Of a stretch of DNA of 64,000 bases, positions 36,501-48,686 are shown piece after piece. A program made the position numbers and the translations under genes. The notes below the pieces were generated by a model that did no database searches, had not been told where the DNA came from, and saw nothing but the letters and a program-made list of their open reading frames with translations. How positions within the stretch are numbered: the first letter of the stretch is position 1; each line of letters starts with the position of its first letter. Origin of the DNA: Owenia fusiformis (lineage: Eukaryota); contig CAIIXF020000001.1 of the NCBI GenBank assembly GCA_903813345.2, positions 11,408,001 to 11,472,000 of the forward strand, given 5' to 3'.

Positions 36501-39500
36501 ATTCTAAGAAAAAACATGAAAATATTTATTAATTTATTTTCATTTTGTTGCATTTTGAAAATCTAAAAGCCATGCATAATGCAATTAATTAACATAATTG
36601 TAAAAAAAGATAAATATTTATTTACAATAGTATATTATGTTGAATTATATTTATTTCCATTTTAAATACAAACACACTAGCAGTAATGTATTTACTATTT
36701 ATGTGCTCTGATTACACATTATGATGTTCCTTGTTAAAAAACCTATTTCATATTTTCTAGCACTTAGAAAAAACAACAGAGCCAGGATCAATCAATGAAG
36801 CTGTCAAGTAAGTGCCCGATTTCCAAACATTTCAAAACTTTTTGGTGCGCATAGTTTTCTCTGGAAGCTCTACACATTTTGCAAAAAGTTCAAGTTACTT
36901 TAGTCAACATTTTGCAATGTAACACACAATGACAGCTATTTCTGTTGATCATATTGAGTCATCCTATAATTCCTATTGTATATTATATGCGTTACACTTC
37001 TTCATGATATATTTGCAAGTCAACCAACATTTGCAATTTGACCTAATTTTCAACATGATCCATTTCCAAAATGACCACCAAAATATGACAAAATAGAAAG
37101 TCAAAAATAAGTTTTTGAAAATTATACTTTCACGCATACCAAATTGTTGGTAATATGTGAATGAAGGAATATGCATTAATTTTCAACATGATAGAGGGTA
37201 GGTTAGTGATATTGTAAATTGTGAAATGATAAATGTTAAACCCTTCGCTTATGCTTAATCATCATCATCTAAAATTATTGGCTCAAAGTTTCTTCAAGTC
37301 AGTGAGGAATCTTTTGATAGCACATGTCAACCTTCCATAAAACATGGCCATTGTTCACATCTCATTATTGCACAAACTTTAAAACAATTATTTTAATTTT
37401 TTTCCTCTGCAGTATTATTTGAGTGACAAAACCAAACTGAAATATTGATAACATCTAGCTTTAAGTTCACCTAATCAGTTACGCATGATTCACGCCACTT
37501 CTTAATGGTTTAGCTACCATAACCCTATTGATGCTGCATTTACTGTCTATCCCCACATGAAAACAGAACTCAGTCTTTTTACCTACAGAGGGTAAACATA
37601 TACAGTTTCTTCTCGCGTAATTTAGGATGTTTTGTTATTTTGAACGACTCTTCTATTTTATCCTACCCCTAGTGTGTCAATCTTGTACACCCACGTTGAG
37701 GTTTTGTGTGGGATCTTAACACATGGGATTAAATGATACGAACCAGTAAATACTCACGACTGGTGATTCATTGTCATATGTATTTCTAATTTTGTTAAAA
37801 AATTGTCTTGACACCATGTCATCCCTTGGCTTGTTTCTTGATGGTTATCATAATCATCAAAATTGAATTCTATAATTTGAACAATAATGAGTCCTAGCAC
37901 AGGAAATTGTATGTTTTGTAGCTGTTAGTGTTCTATCCTAATTACATTGGCACATGGGAACTGTTGTCTTTTAACGGCCTTTAACTACCCCATCTTGTTT
38001 GTCTTTCCTCGGCCTAAAGTAGTTAATAGTGGGTGGTTATTGGTGAAACATACTCCAACACTTTCTAATTGAAATATTGTGTTGCCAACAAGAAATATTT
38101 GCTTTGAAGCAACCTGAGAGAAGTAGACACAGTTTGGTTTCAAAGAGAGGCCATCCGTCTGCTCTTTCAAATTGAAAAAGAGGCTGGATATTCTGTGTTC
38201 TTTTTAAACCATTGTTTTCAAATTAATTGGGTACTTTAACTGTCCTTTGAGATGTTTGCTCAATGTATCCTCAGGAAAGTAAAAATGCAGAGGAGCAAAT
38301 TTGTGGCCTGAAGTTTGTTCTTTACTTTTGATCATTGGATCCTCCTCAGCAAATCATCACAATTATCACTTTACCATGACAGAATATGTAAGTCATCGGA
38401 AGACAGGCCTCATAACAAATACAGAAGAGCACATAATTATGTGAAACAATGATAAATAATGATTTATCTAATTTACTTGATCAGAATTTATTATGCAAAT
38501 AAAAAATAGTAACCTCTGAAAAATAAACATCACATCCTCATTTTTCTAAGAGGTCTCTGAGAGGTTCAAAAATGTGATCAGTACCACATCAATACATCTC
38601 TTTGAATATGATAGTTAAATTCAGTTAAAATTGAATTCAAGCAATTTAAAAAAAACTTTTAGTCCTCCTAGTGGTATAAGTACCATTACTATCATCTGAC
38701 AGTTATGAGGCAGGGCCAAAGTATTTGCCAGTGTAGTGTGTTTCTACATGTGGAGGGATAAATAGGATAAAGATGAGAGAGTTAATATGTAACAATTGAC
38801 AAAACAGACCACACACAAAGTCAACATCTTACAACTAATTGCCCGAGTCAATTCGTTTTCACAAATCCCCCATTTGTTGAAAAAACTGCATTTACTTCAG
38901 TGCACATTATTTTAGTTTAAATGAAATTGAAGTTTAATCCTAGGTTGCTCAGCAGTTTCACCATCATTTTACATAACAATAGGAGAGTTAAAAGTCAAAT
39001 ATTTAGTTTTTATTTTCTCAGGCAAATATCAAATATCTATCGAGAAAGATTACAAAAAAGTCCAGAATAGATACTAACTGTTTGAAATGGTGTTGGTTTG
39101 CCATTCATTTGTCTACCCGATACTTAATGCTCCAAGCGAAGGGCGCAAACAAATATGTTGTCGGTTGGTAGAAAAACAAAATTATAGACAGGTAGCTTAG
39201 GCACGAGACTAAATTAACTAATTCTACACTATTGATATGTTAGGCAGGATGGGTGGGCTATGCTCCACTGCCATGAGTACACATCACCCATAGAGTCACA
39301 GCCTAGTGTCGTCTGCCTATCCCCAAGCAGACGGATTTTATTAAATTACCCAAAATCCTTTGCATCACCAAAATGGATGAAACTGCTAAATCAGAAATCA
39401 TATAAAATAACCTCTTTTTACAATGTATTTTCTAATCTTATTTGATTCTGAAGCTGAAATTAAGTCTTGAATCCGCAGTTGGTAGAGTTTGAATACTGTT

Positions 39501-42500
39501 GAAGTTGCTCTGTGTAATTCCATCCATGTGTGTACACACCTTTACCCAAGGCACCATCTTCTAATTAGCTGTAAAATAATTAAACCAAGTATACAAAAAC
39601 ACGAGCCAGAACTAATCAAGTCTGCTATACCTACTTAGTATCTGGAAAAGATACACTTCTAAAATAGGAAGTTAAGTGCAAGTCAATTCCTTCTCTGGCT
39701 TAATCTGTTGTCTTTTCATTTGGGGCCCCTGTTTAATCATTCAAGGCCCCTGTTTAATCATATGAGACCCCTGTTTTATTACTTGTCCTCCTGTGCTAAC
39801 AGAGTAAGGGAATTTTTTATAAGTTGCAAAGTATTAAATTGATGAAATTATCACCTAAAAAAAAGTTCACTCAAGGTGTTCATTTGATTGTATTATATAC
39901 TATCACAAAATGAACTTTTAAAAAAGTCAAAAATAAAATGTTTACGTAGGACCTCCTTGTGATTTCAGGCAGGTCGCCCTAGCTGATGTGATTATAGTGA
40001 ACAAGTTAGACATTGTGACAGTTGAAGAGAAGGAGACCCTTATACATGCAGTCAGGTAATAATTACCTTACTTTATGGATATAGAAATATTACTTACTTA
40101 GAAATCTAAAAATGAAATAAAATATATTTCTGTATTTCAATTAAATGATACTAATTATGATGCCACAATGGTAAATTATTACAGTCCATCCTCAAGATTA
40201 AAAACTGATAATCTTGAAATGAATTTGTTCACTGTAAAAAAATAAGATGTGCTCTGAAAATAATTCACGAGTTCAGGATCTGTCCTTGATCAATGTTCTA
40301 ATCTTCTTGTGCTTTTTTGTCTCGTCATCACCACAAGTGGGGACATATTGTTGTGGATGGTGTTCGGCGTGATGATATTTGGCAGTTGTGGTTGGTGTTT
40401 GACATCTGTAACAATTGGCAGGTGGTGACATTTTGCATGTTAATGCCTTGTTATATAAATCTTATTACAGTGGGATCAACAGTGCTAGTGCAATCATTGA
40501 AACCACAAAATCAAGGTGGGTAGATATTACTTAAATCACAGGCTGGTATCGAAATATTTGTCTGCTGTGACGGAGCATGCTATTTTTCATAAAAACATTA
40601 AGAATACTTCACGATTATTTTTGAACTCATATGTTTCGTTATACCATACAAAATTACCTACTCCATGCAATGGATATATCATTTGCGTGTAACTTTCACT
40701 TCTGTTTGAAGTCCAATTACGCTGGGAAGAAAAGCTATTGAAAATGGCGCCGGAGTATCATACTTCAAAATGTACCATTTCTTGTTTAACTTTCTAATGG
40801 CACGATATAGTGACACGATAATATTTACATATGGTTTCAGCATAACTATGAAGGTATAAATGAGATGTTGATGTATTTGGTCTTTTTAATTCTTTTATAA
40901 AAAATAATGTTAATTTTTTGGTCCGCTGTGACGGAGCAGTTGCAAATGTGAACTGTGAAAATGCTCCGTCACAGCGGACAAAAAATATTGATATTTTTTT
41001 TATAAAAAAATTAAAAAGACCCAATGCATTAATATCTCATTAATACATTCAGAGTTATGCTGAAAACATATGTTAATATTATCGTGTCACTATATCATGC
41101 CATTAAAAAGTTAAAAAATAAATGGTACATTTTAGAGTTTGATACTCTGGCGCCGTTTTCAATAGATTTTACTCATAGCGTTATTGGACTTCAAACAGAA
41201 GTGAAGGTTACACGCAAATGATATATCCATTGCATGGAGTAAGTAATTATCTTTGATATAACGAAACATATGAGTTAAAAAATAAATCGTGAAGCATTCT
41301 TAGTGTTTTTATGAAAAAATAGCATGCTCCGTCACAGCGGACAAATTTTTCGATACCAGCCTGTGTAAATACAATAATTTAAATGAATAAATTTCAAAAG
41401 AAATATGTCTAATCAATAATTTACTTAAGGTTAGTTAGAATTAAGGTTAAGAATCCATAGCCATATGAATTAATAACAGCTTTTTACATTATTGCATTAT
41501 TTGGGCAAAAATTGAACTAGATATAGGGGCCATTGGTTACTTTGATATTTTTTAACTTGTAATAGATTCTTCAGATGTTTTCCATATTACTTTATAAATG
41601 AATGAATCACATCATAATTATCACATTATTGCAAAAATATTGATTTAAACATACTGGCTATTCATACCCCTCTAATAATCATACCTAGTTAGTCACCTAA
41701 AACACCCCACATACCACCATGACCCCTACAGTGGTTGACATGTTTTATATTATGTATTTCAGAGTGGACTTAGGTGCAATACTTGACTTGAATGCTTATA
41801 CTGGAGACAGGTGAGAAATATGTGATATGATATGTAATATGTAATTGAGTACAGTAAAACCTGTCTCAGTGAAAGACTGTCTCTAGTGAACACCTGTATC
41901 TAGTGGACACCTTTTCCCTCCGCACATACTCCACTGACTTCTGTATAAATTATCCTTCTTGTAATGAACACCTACCAGGGCTGAAAGGTTTTCTTTGCAA
42001 AAAATGCTCAATATATACAGGTTTTATTGTACTTTGTAGTGTAGCTGTATGAAAGTTGACAAAATATTAGTGTGAATCGCTGATGTTCATATCAGGAAAG
42101 GTGTTTGTAAAGTAACTTTAATATTGAGTTGAGTTGTTCTGAAATTTACATTGTATGTCCAAATCTGAAAATGGTTACAATGAGTTACAAAGCAGGTCTG
42201 ATTGCTTGGTTACAAGGCGGTTTGACCATGAAGTCCGTCACGAAGGATTTTTGAGTTGTAACACAGGAACAAAATCCTTTGTTTTGAAGTGTTTTTTCAA
42301 AATGCTTTGTAACAGGTACAGATGAAAACAAAAACCACAAATTGTTCATGTTTATTCTCCCGGCGTCCTTTCTTCTCATTTACATGTGCGTTGACCACCA
42401 TGGCACATTTGTATGGGCCGCCGGCAGGAAATAAGCAACTACCTGATGTAGGTCTTTTGTCACAGTGACACGATTCACAGTTAGATCTCAGTCGTCAGAA

Positions 42501-45500
42501 GTTGTCACTGGAAAATTCATGAACTACCAGCCAAGAAAGTTTCATGCTGGACTAACATTATCATAATACTCATTAAGAATTTATTTTACTTGAAATCACA
42601 TACATACACATTTATGATTTCATTCCTACTGAGACAGGAAATTGAGTTATCCGTTAACTTTGGTTGCTGTGGTAATTGGTCAGGTTGTTTTTTGCATTGA
42701 TAGACAATCTGTGTGTGTCATTTCAGTGTGTGCCAATTCAAGTTCATGTTAAAAAAATGATGGGACATAAAAAGCAAGAAATGAATTAAAGGCCAATGAC
42801 TCTGAACTATATTGACATGCTAGAAAATGAGGTAGTTGAGATTTTGGAGAGAAATGTCATGGATAAGGCAAGGACAATCCATACATAGGAAGTGATTGAG
42901 CCACTTCTGAGTCTGGTTGAGTACACAATCACTGGAACATCTGCCATCAAATAATATACAGTGTAGTTTTTTTGGTGGTCACTTTTGCAAACATTTTTTA
43001 CTTAAAGCATTGAAAATTTAAATCTTCTAATAGTTCTGTCCATTCTTTTAATTTTATTTATTTATCAAAACAATTCTTAAGAAATTTGAGGTCAAAGGTT
43101 GGCTCCTGCATGATAAGAATCTTCACTTTCAAGCTCAACTGAAGTTCTTTGTTCAGTGATATCATATTCTGTCAACTGTTAACATGTTTTGTCCAATGAG
43201 ATATCACAAGTGCACTCAGCCGCAGTAGTGTTTAACCACTTGTAGTGCTATATCCCTCACAACAGAAAACAAACATGAGTGTTGGCAACTTTCTTATTTT
43301 GGTACATACACGTATGTTGAAGACAGGAATCAAAATATTATGTAAACACATGTTAAATACAATAAAACCTGTCATAGTGAACACCTCTCTTTAGTGAACA
43401 CCTGTGTTTAGTGAACACCACTTCAAGACACATTTACATTTCCTCATGTACAAAATCCCCTCTCTGTAGTGAACACCCACCAGTGAACACTTTTTGTGGC
43501 TTCATAGGTGTTCACTATATACAGATTTTACTGTATATGTTATTTGATAATTATTTCGATACAGTTTTGTAAATGAATTTTGATTTGATTGCTGATTGCA
43601 TGCAATGGGATTAGGACTCATATAGATGGCAGGGCAGATCACTATTGTGCTGTTTTTCACTTCAGTCACATTGGTTTATATGTAAACATTGCTCTAATAA
43701 AATTTCAAATATGCAAATTAATACTACATTTTCTCTCTTCATAATTCTGTACTTGCATGTTTGAATGTTCAGAATCAAGTTTCTATTGTGTTTTTTTTAA
43801 TTAAGATTTTCACTGAGACATAGTTCAGATAAATAAAAATTGATCATGATTTGAATGTGATTAAATTATACATCAAAACTACAATAGAATTAATTTCATT
43901 GGAAAAATATAGAGATAATTCTAAAAGTAATTTGTCAGTATGTAAGCAAATGTGAGAATTTTCTACGATGTGCAATGAAAAATCAAAACAAAGCAATTCA
44001 CAATATTACAAATGAAAATGGATGTTGATGACATTAGTTCAACCTGACTCATGTAATGTTCCTATGAGGTTGCAGTTGGCAAGGCAAGTTGGCGGAAAAA
44101 CTGAACTAGCTATCATAAATGATCAAAATTGATAACACAGAAAATATGAAACTGACAAGGTGGTCCAGTTAGTGAATTTAGTATTTAAAATTGAAAGTAA
44201 TAATGTTTAAGCCATGATATGAAAAAGTGTAGAAATGAGCAATTAGTGAGCAGATCTCTTCTAGAAATTTATATATTGCAAGAAATTTTCAAATTCAGTT
44301 AAGAATAATTCGAAACACCTGATTAAGGACACATCAAAAGTAGTATGAGTAATCTCAATAGTAATATATTCACTCAATTTACTGCACTCTATCCTGTTAG
44401 TAAGAAGTAGTATTTTATGATTCATTTGATGTGATAGTGTTCCAATATGTTGCTCTTTGCAGTGTTATTGTTGCGACAAGCGAATTGAGACAAAATGGAG
44501 GATCAGACAAGGTGGGCGATCAACTTTAGTTGACCCGAGGTCATGTTACCATTCACTTTCACCACATGTATCCACCGCACTGTGGTCACGACTTTCATTA
44601 TATCATCAATATTGTGAAGATTTATAAAGGAACAGTCCCAAAATACCCCATATCCCCCCTCTCTACCCCACTCCTTTGGAACAATGAATAGACATAGAAA
44701 AAGACACGAAAACACAGAATCACCATTTATTTTTTATTATCTAATATATTTTGTTTACTTTGTATTTTGTTTACTTATTTGTATTTTTTAAAAACTACAG
44801 GGCAGATATCTAAGGACAAGGGAGGTCTGGGAGAAGATCCATGGACCTAAATGATGATAACTGTTACCATATTTTACAGCATTCAAATTAGAGAAGGGCG
44901 TGTGTTTTGCTCACTTTGTGTAATTTGACATGTTAATTTAATTCACACATGTAGATTAAATTATATTTGTTGATATATCAATCACAATTAATAAGATTCA
45001 AAAATTATAAAGTGAATTAACATAATCTGGTGAAACAGCATTCAAACAATGGTACAATTCATAGTTTTAAGTATTTAATGAATTTACACAATTTGTAATG
45101 AAATATACATAAGTACATATAAGCAGTTTTTAGTGAAAATATTGATAAATGTTTGTACTTGGACAAGGAGGCTGCATTTGTCCAACTCAGCATGTGAAGG
45201 CTTTTCCAAAACTGACTAAATGTTCAACTGTTTAGGCCTTTTATTAAAGCGGTATGATACCCCTAATTATTAAAACAAGCCGTCATAACATGGGAAATAT
45301 TTTTGAAAACCGTATGAAGTAACTTAACTTGTAATAGTTCACCACAGCTCAACCACTAAAATTGAAAGTTACGATCCCATCAAACAGAGTCTGAGTTCGG
45401 GTTGTAAAAAGTATCCTTTTTGCGATCTAGTCATTTGTACATATCATTAAAAGGCATTATTTTTGTCCTAAATATTCCTAAAATAAATGTTTAATGATTA

Positions 45501-48500
45501 TCTGTAGCTTTCACCATTATTATTGAAACAAATCATTGTTCTGAAAATATCAGATTTTGAAAAAATTCCTCACAAATGTAAAATGCAATCTATGTGGTGG
45601 TCATAGTTACTAATGTTTATTTATACTTATTTGGCAAAAATAACATTGAATTTCATTAAATAATGAGATTTCCTCATTTTGCAATTTTTGCCATTAAACA
45701 CTTTAAATAACATGTTGTAATGTTTTTGCGTCACTCATTCATGTCATGATGTAATACAACGCTATATAACATATTATTATGCAGATGGTATATGAAGACA
45801 GGCAGTTCAAACACATTCATTTCGTAAATTTGTGTAATGATTGTAATGAATGAATGTTCAACAAAGTTGATAATTTAATTTCATCATCTTGAAAGTTCCT
45901 GCTGTACTCATTGAGGGGAATTAGTAGGAATATGCCTATTACTTTTGTATCTAAAAGTTTGATATTTATTTTTCAGTGTGTTGAATGGTACTGTAGATGA
46001 GAGACGGAATAGATTTGTAGATACAGGGACACACAATGTAGACAAGGTAATACATAAAAACAATGCACATGGATGTATGTACAAGTATGTAACAATGAGT
46101 TTATTCAATCTCAATATATTTGTATTGATGGAGTATAAGATGCATCACATCTGTAATTATTGTCCCCCATTTTCCAAAGTGGAAAAAATTATGTCTGCAA
46201 ATTCAAGGAATATGAGCTTAAATAGGGTTTCATATACATGTACCATGCTATTTCTTGGTATTTTAGAACAATGGTGCTCTTGGCAGATACCCAGGTCAAT
46301 TTAACACTCAATAAAAGTTGTCACCTGCAGTATCTTTTAATACCTGTATGCAATATTAACACATAAAGTGACCTCCTTTTGAAATAGTTAAATAACTTGG
46401 AATAATTATATTGCATGATGTTGTACTGAAGAATTAAATGATCGCTTGATTTGTATAATTGTCTGAATTAAAGGGTACATTAAGTGATGTTAAATTGTGA
46501 AGAATATATTCCATTGACACCTTTGTTTTATTTCTGGACACTTGTGTCCTTTTTTGAAAAAATCAAATCACTCAGAATGATTTTTATTTACCACACTTTA
46601 ATTAAAGGATTAGTGTATCTGTGAACTGTAGGTATACTGATTATCAGATCAAATGCAGTATACATACAGCTTTATTACATTGCTTGAAATTCAACGTGTC
46701 ATATTATTATGTCACCAACAAAAGTGGGGACATTTTTATGGTGTCCAACTTTTTTGGGGATTATCTTTTGTGTCCAGTGGTCGGTGTTCAGCCTGAGGTG
46801 TTGGGCAGTCAGTGATCAACATTCAGCTTCTGTAATAAATAGCAGGTGGTGATATTCTCCATGTTAATGCATTGTACGAAATCTGTCATAGTGAATTGGT
46901 AAAATTGCTCAATTTAAGGTACCAATGGACTATTAACAACCTCAGATTTAAAAATATACATGTCATCTGATCGAACATTTGGGAATGTGCAGATTCTTAA
47001 AACATACAGTAAGGGACATCCTTATTGAGGAAATTAATGAGTAACCTTTATAAGGTGTCTGGGTTACCCCTTATATCTCTGATTCTGCCTTCTACAAGGA
47101 TCTCAATATCAGCCATTTAACTTATCTATCTATTGTCAATGTTTGTTGAACTTATAATAACTATTTACCCTGGCTTATTGTAATATATACCTTAAGTCTG
47201 AGCACCTGTACTTGTTAATTAATATGATAATCACCATAGTAACAGTTCCCCTTTCAAACGTTAATTATTAAAACCTTAAGAGTTGCAGCAGATTTTATGC
47301 TTATATAGTGATGCTGTATAAATTATTTAACAAATAAACAATTGGATACAATATTATGTAAAAATCTATATTCACTGGGGAAATTATATTTTTGACTTCT
47401 CAGAAATGAAATGGTATATTTATCCCATAATGGAAGGATATGCACCTTTAGAATACTGGGAGACGCTGAACACTTCAGATTGAGTCGATACATCTAGCAC
47501 GTTTAATAAAAGTGGTGCATTGAAGTGCTTTAGATAATTTAGATTATAATAGATATAGATACTTCATAGATTATATCTAATAGAAATAAAAGCATAAGAG
47601 AACAAATCAAAGGTTCTGTTTATCTGAACATATTAAGTTTGTCAACGTGAACTCTCTTTGATAAATCAGAGAACAGAATTTTGTCTCGGGCTCCAATATA
47701 ATCATTATGAAGGGAAATATTTCAGATCACAATTCCTGGGTTTCAATGGAGTAAAACAATCCACAGGGAGCATTGGTCAACATGGTTGCAAAGTAATAAA
47801 ATAACGTTCATTGAAGCAAGTTATTTTTTTAAGTGCAACCACTTTCAAGCCACAATTGGCCGTTCATGAGCGATAATACCTCGATAAAATCATGAACATT
47901 TTAATCTATTGCCTTTCATGATGTCACAATGCACAAGTCATCAAAAATAATTGATTTTCATGAACCTCTGGTACAAGTGATCCCAGGTTAGATTCCAGTT
48001 ATAGGATAATGTCTGCATTGTACTATTACAAACTCACTTGGTTGAGTGGTCCTGAATTCAGGCTGTGATGTTAGTATGTCTGTATCGGTCCCTAATAAAT
48101 CACATAGGCCCCTTCCAAGGATGAGTCTTCTACCTTACCTTCCAGTGTCAGTCCAATTATGAAACTTACTCAATGAGTGGCAAACAAAATGCTTTTCAAA
48201 TATTCCAAGAAAAGGCTTCATATTACTATACCAGGGTCAGGCCCGTAGCCAGGGGGGTTAAAAAAATTGGCCAAAAATTCTAGTTGAAAGCCCATGACCA
48301 TTCTAAGCACTTTTTCGATTTGGCCATATTTGGGCCTTTGTCAAAAGTGAACCCTCCTGGAATTTTTCAAAAAGTGAACCTCCTTGGCAAATCCTGGCTT
48401 CAGGCCTGAGGGTTTTTCTACATTGCAAATCTATAAGGTGTTTCTCTAATAGTAAATTCCACCAGTTAATAATCTCTTTTATCTTCCATTCAAACTGGCC

Positions 48501-48686
48501 CAATCGATGTTCCCTGAAGAATGAATGATTATGCCAAATTTTTATTTTCAGAAAATGTCAACTGTAACATTGGAAATCTCAGGGGAGTTGGATCCTAAAA
48601 AACTTGATGTCTTCTTCCAAAATCTTCTCTGGGAAAAAGTCTATGAAGATAGTAAGGGCAGCTTGATGTTGATTCTAAGGATGAAG
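30463..48686 (+). CDS. ZNG1: Zinc-regulated GTPase metalloprotein activator 1 (ZNG1/CBWD, COG0523), 12 coding exons, 3' part not found in window
   Basis: Exons 30463-30586, 31132-31218, 31563-31659, 31910-32001, 33008-33067, 36438-36475, 36761-36807, 39969-40055, 40471-40515, 41763-41810, 45977-46046, 48552-48686 (930 nt, in frame). Motifs GFLGAGKTT (Walker A), NEFG, GCLCC (CxCC), [12 protein letters not shown] (G4), LLWE...LRMK (CobW_C). Confidence 0.95.
31132..31218 (+). CDS. ZNG1: ZNG1/CBWD coding exon 2
   Basis: ttacag|; [28 protein letters not shown]; |gtatct. Confidence 0.95.
31563..31659 (+). CDS. ZNG1: ZNG1/CBWD coding exon 3 (CxCC Zn site)
   Basis: ttgtag|; ...[15 protein letters not shown]; |gtaagt. 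Confidence 0.95.
31910..32001 (+). CDS. ZNG1: ZNG1/CBWD coding exon 4
   Basis: ttttag|; [30 protein letters not shown]; |gtaagt. Confidence 0.95.
33008..33067 (+). CDS. ZNG1: ZNG1/CBWD coding exon 5
   Basis: tttaag|; [19 protein letters not shown]; |gtaagt. Confidence 0.93.
33626..34598. mobile_element. Non-autonomous DNA transposon, CATAGG termini, 8-bp TSD (P-element-like)
   Basis: ACCAAGAC|CATAGGCCCCGGGAACATGTATAAAATAGCGAGTCGA ... TCGACTCGCTATTTTATACATGTTCCCGGGGCCTATG|ACCAAGAC; ~80-bp TIRs. Confidence 0.92.
36438..36475 (+). CDS. ZNG1: ZNG1/CBWD coding exon 6
   Basis: tttcag|; [12 protein letters not shown]; |gtatgt. Confidence 0.93.
36761..36807 (+). CDS. ZNG1: ZNG1/CBWD coding exon 7
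   Basis: ttctag|; [15 protein letters not shown]; |gtaagt. Confidence 0.92.
39969..40055 (+). CDS. ZNG1: ZNG1/CBWD coding exon 8
   Basis: tttcag|; [16 protein letters not shown]...; |gtaata. Confidence 0.93.
40471..40515 (+). CDS. ZNG1: ZNG1/CBWD coding exon 9
   Basis: ttacag|; [14 protein letters not shown](R); |gtgggt. Confidence 0.9.
40537..41365. mobile_element. 829-bp foldback DNA transposon, CACAG termini, 5-bp TSD TAAAT (Transib-like)
   Basis: TAAAT|CACAGGCTGGTATCGAAA ... TTTCGATACCAGCCTGTG|TAAAT; nearly the whole length is an inverted repeat. Confidence 0.92.
41763..41810 (+). CDS. ZNG1: ZNG1/CBWD coding exon 10
   Basis: tttcag|; [15 protein letters not shown]; |gtgaga. Confidence 0.9.
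41852..42029. mobile_element. Tc1/pogo-type MITE family with GTGAACACC repeats, copy 1
   Basis: TA|CAGTAAAACCTGT ... ACAGGTTTTATTG|TA. Confidence 0.8.
43360..43533. mobile_element. Same MITE family, copy 2
   Basis: TA|CAATAAAACCTGT ... ACAGATTTTACTG|TA; AGTGAACACC repeats. Confidence 0.8.
45977..46046 (+). CDS. ZNG1: ZNG1/CBWD coding exon 11 (linker)
   Basis: tttcag|; [23 protein letters not shown]; |gtaata; phases fit neighbours, weak sequence conservation. Confidence 0.78.
48238..48408. mobile_element. CAGGCC-family MITE with 5-bp TSD AGGGT
   Basis: AGGGT|CAGGCCCGTAGCCAGG ... CCTGGCTTCAGGCCTG|AGGGT; degenerate relatives near 49079-49210 and 53317-53485. Confidence 0.8.
48552..48686 (+). 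CDS. ZNG1: ZNG1/CBWD coding exon 12 (CobW_C start)
   Basis: tttcag|; [29 protein letters not shown]...ILRMK; |gtgagt. Confidence 0.93.

Noticed and set aside
40537-40580. RAG recombination signal (12/23 RSS) at foldback termini
   Set aside because: Only CACAG matches the heptamer; no nonamer at 12- or 23-bp spacing, and the ends are symmetric.
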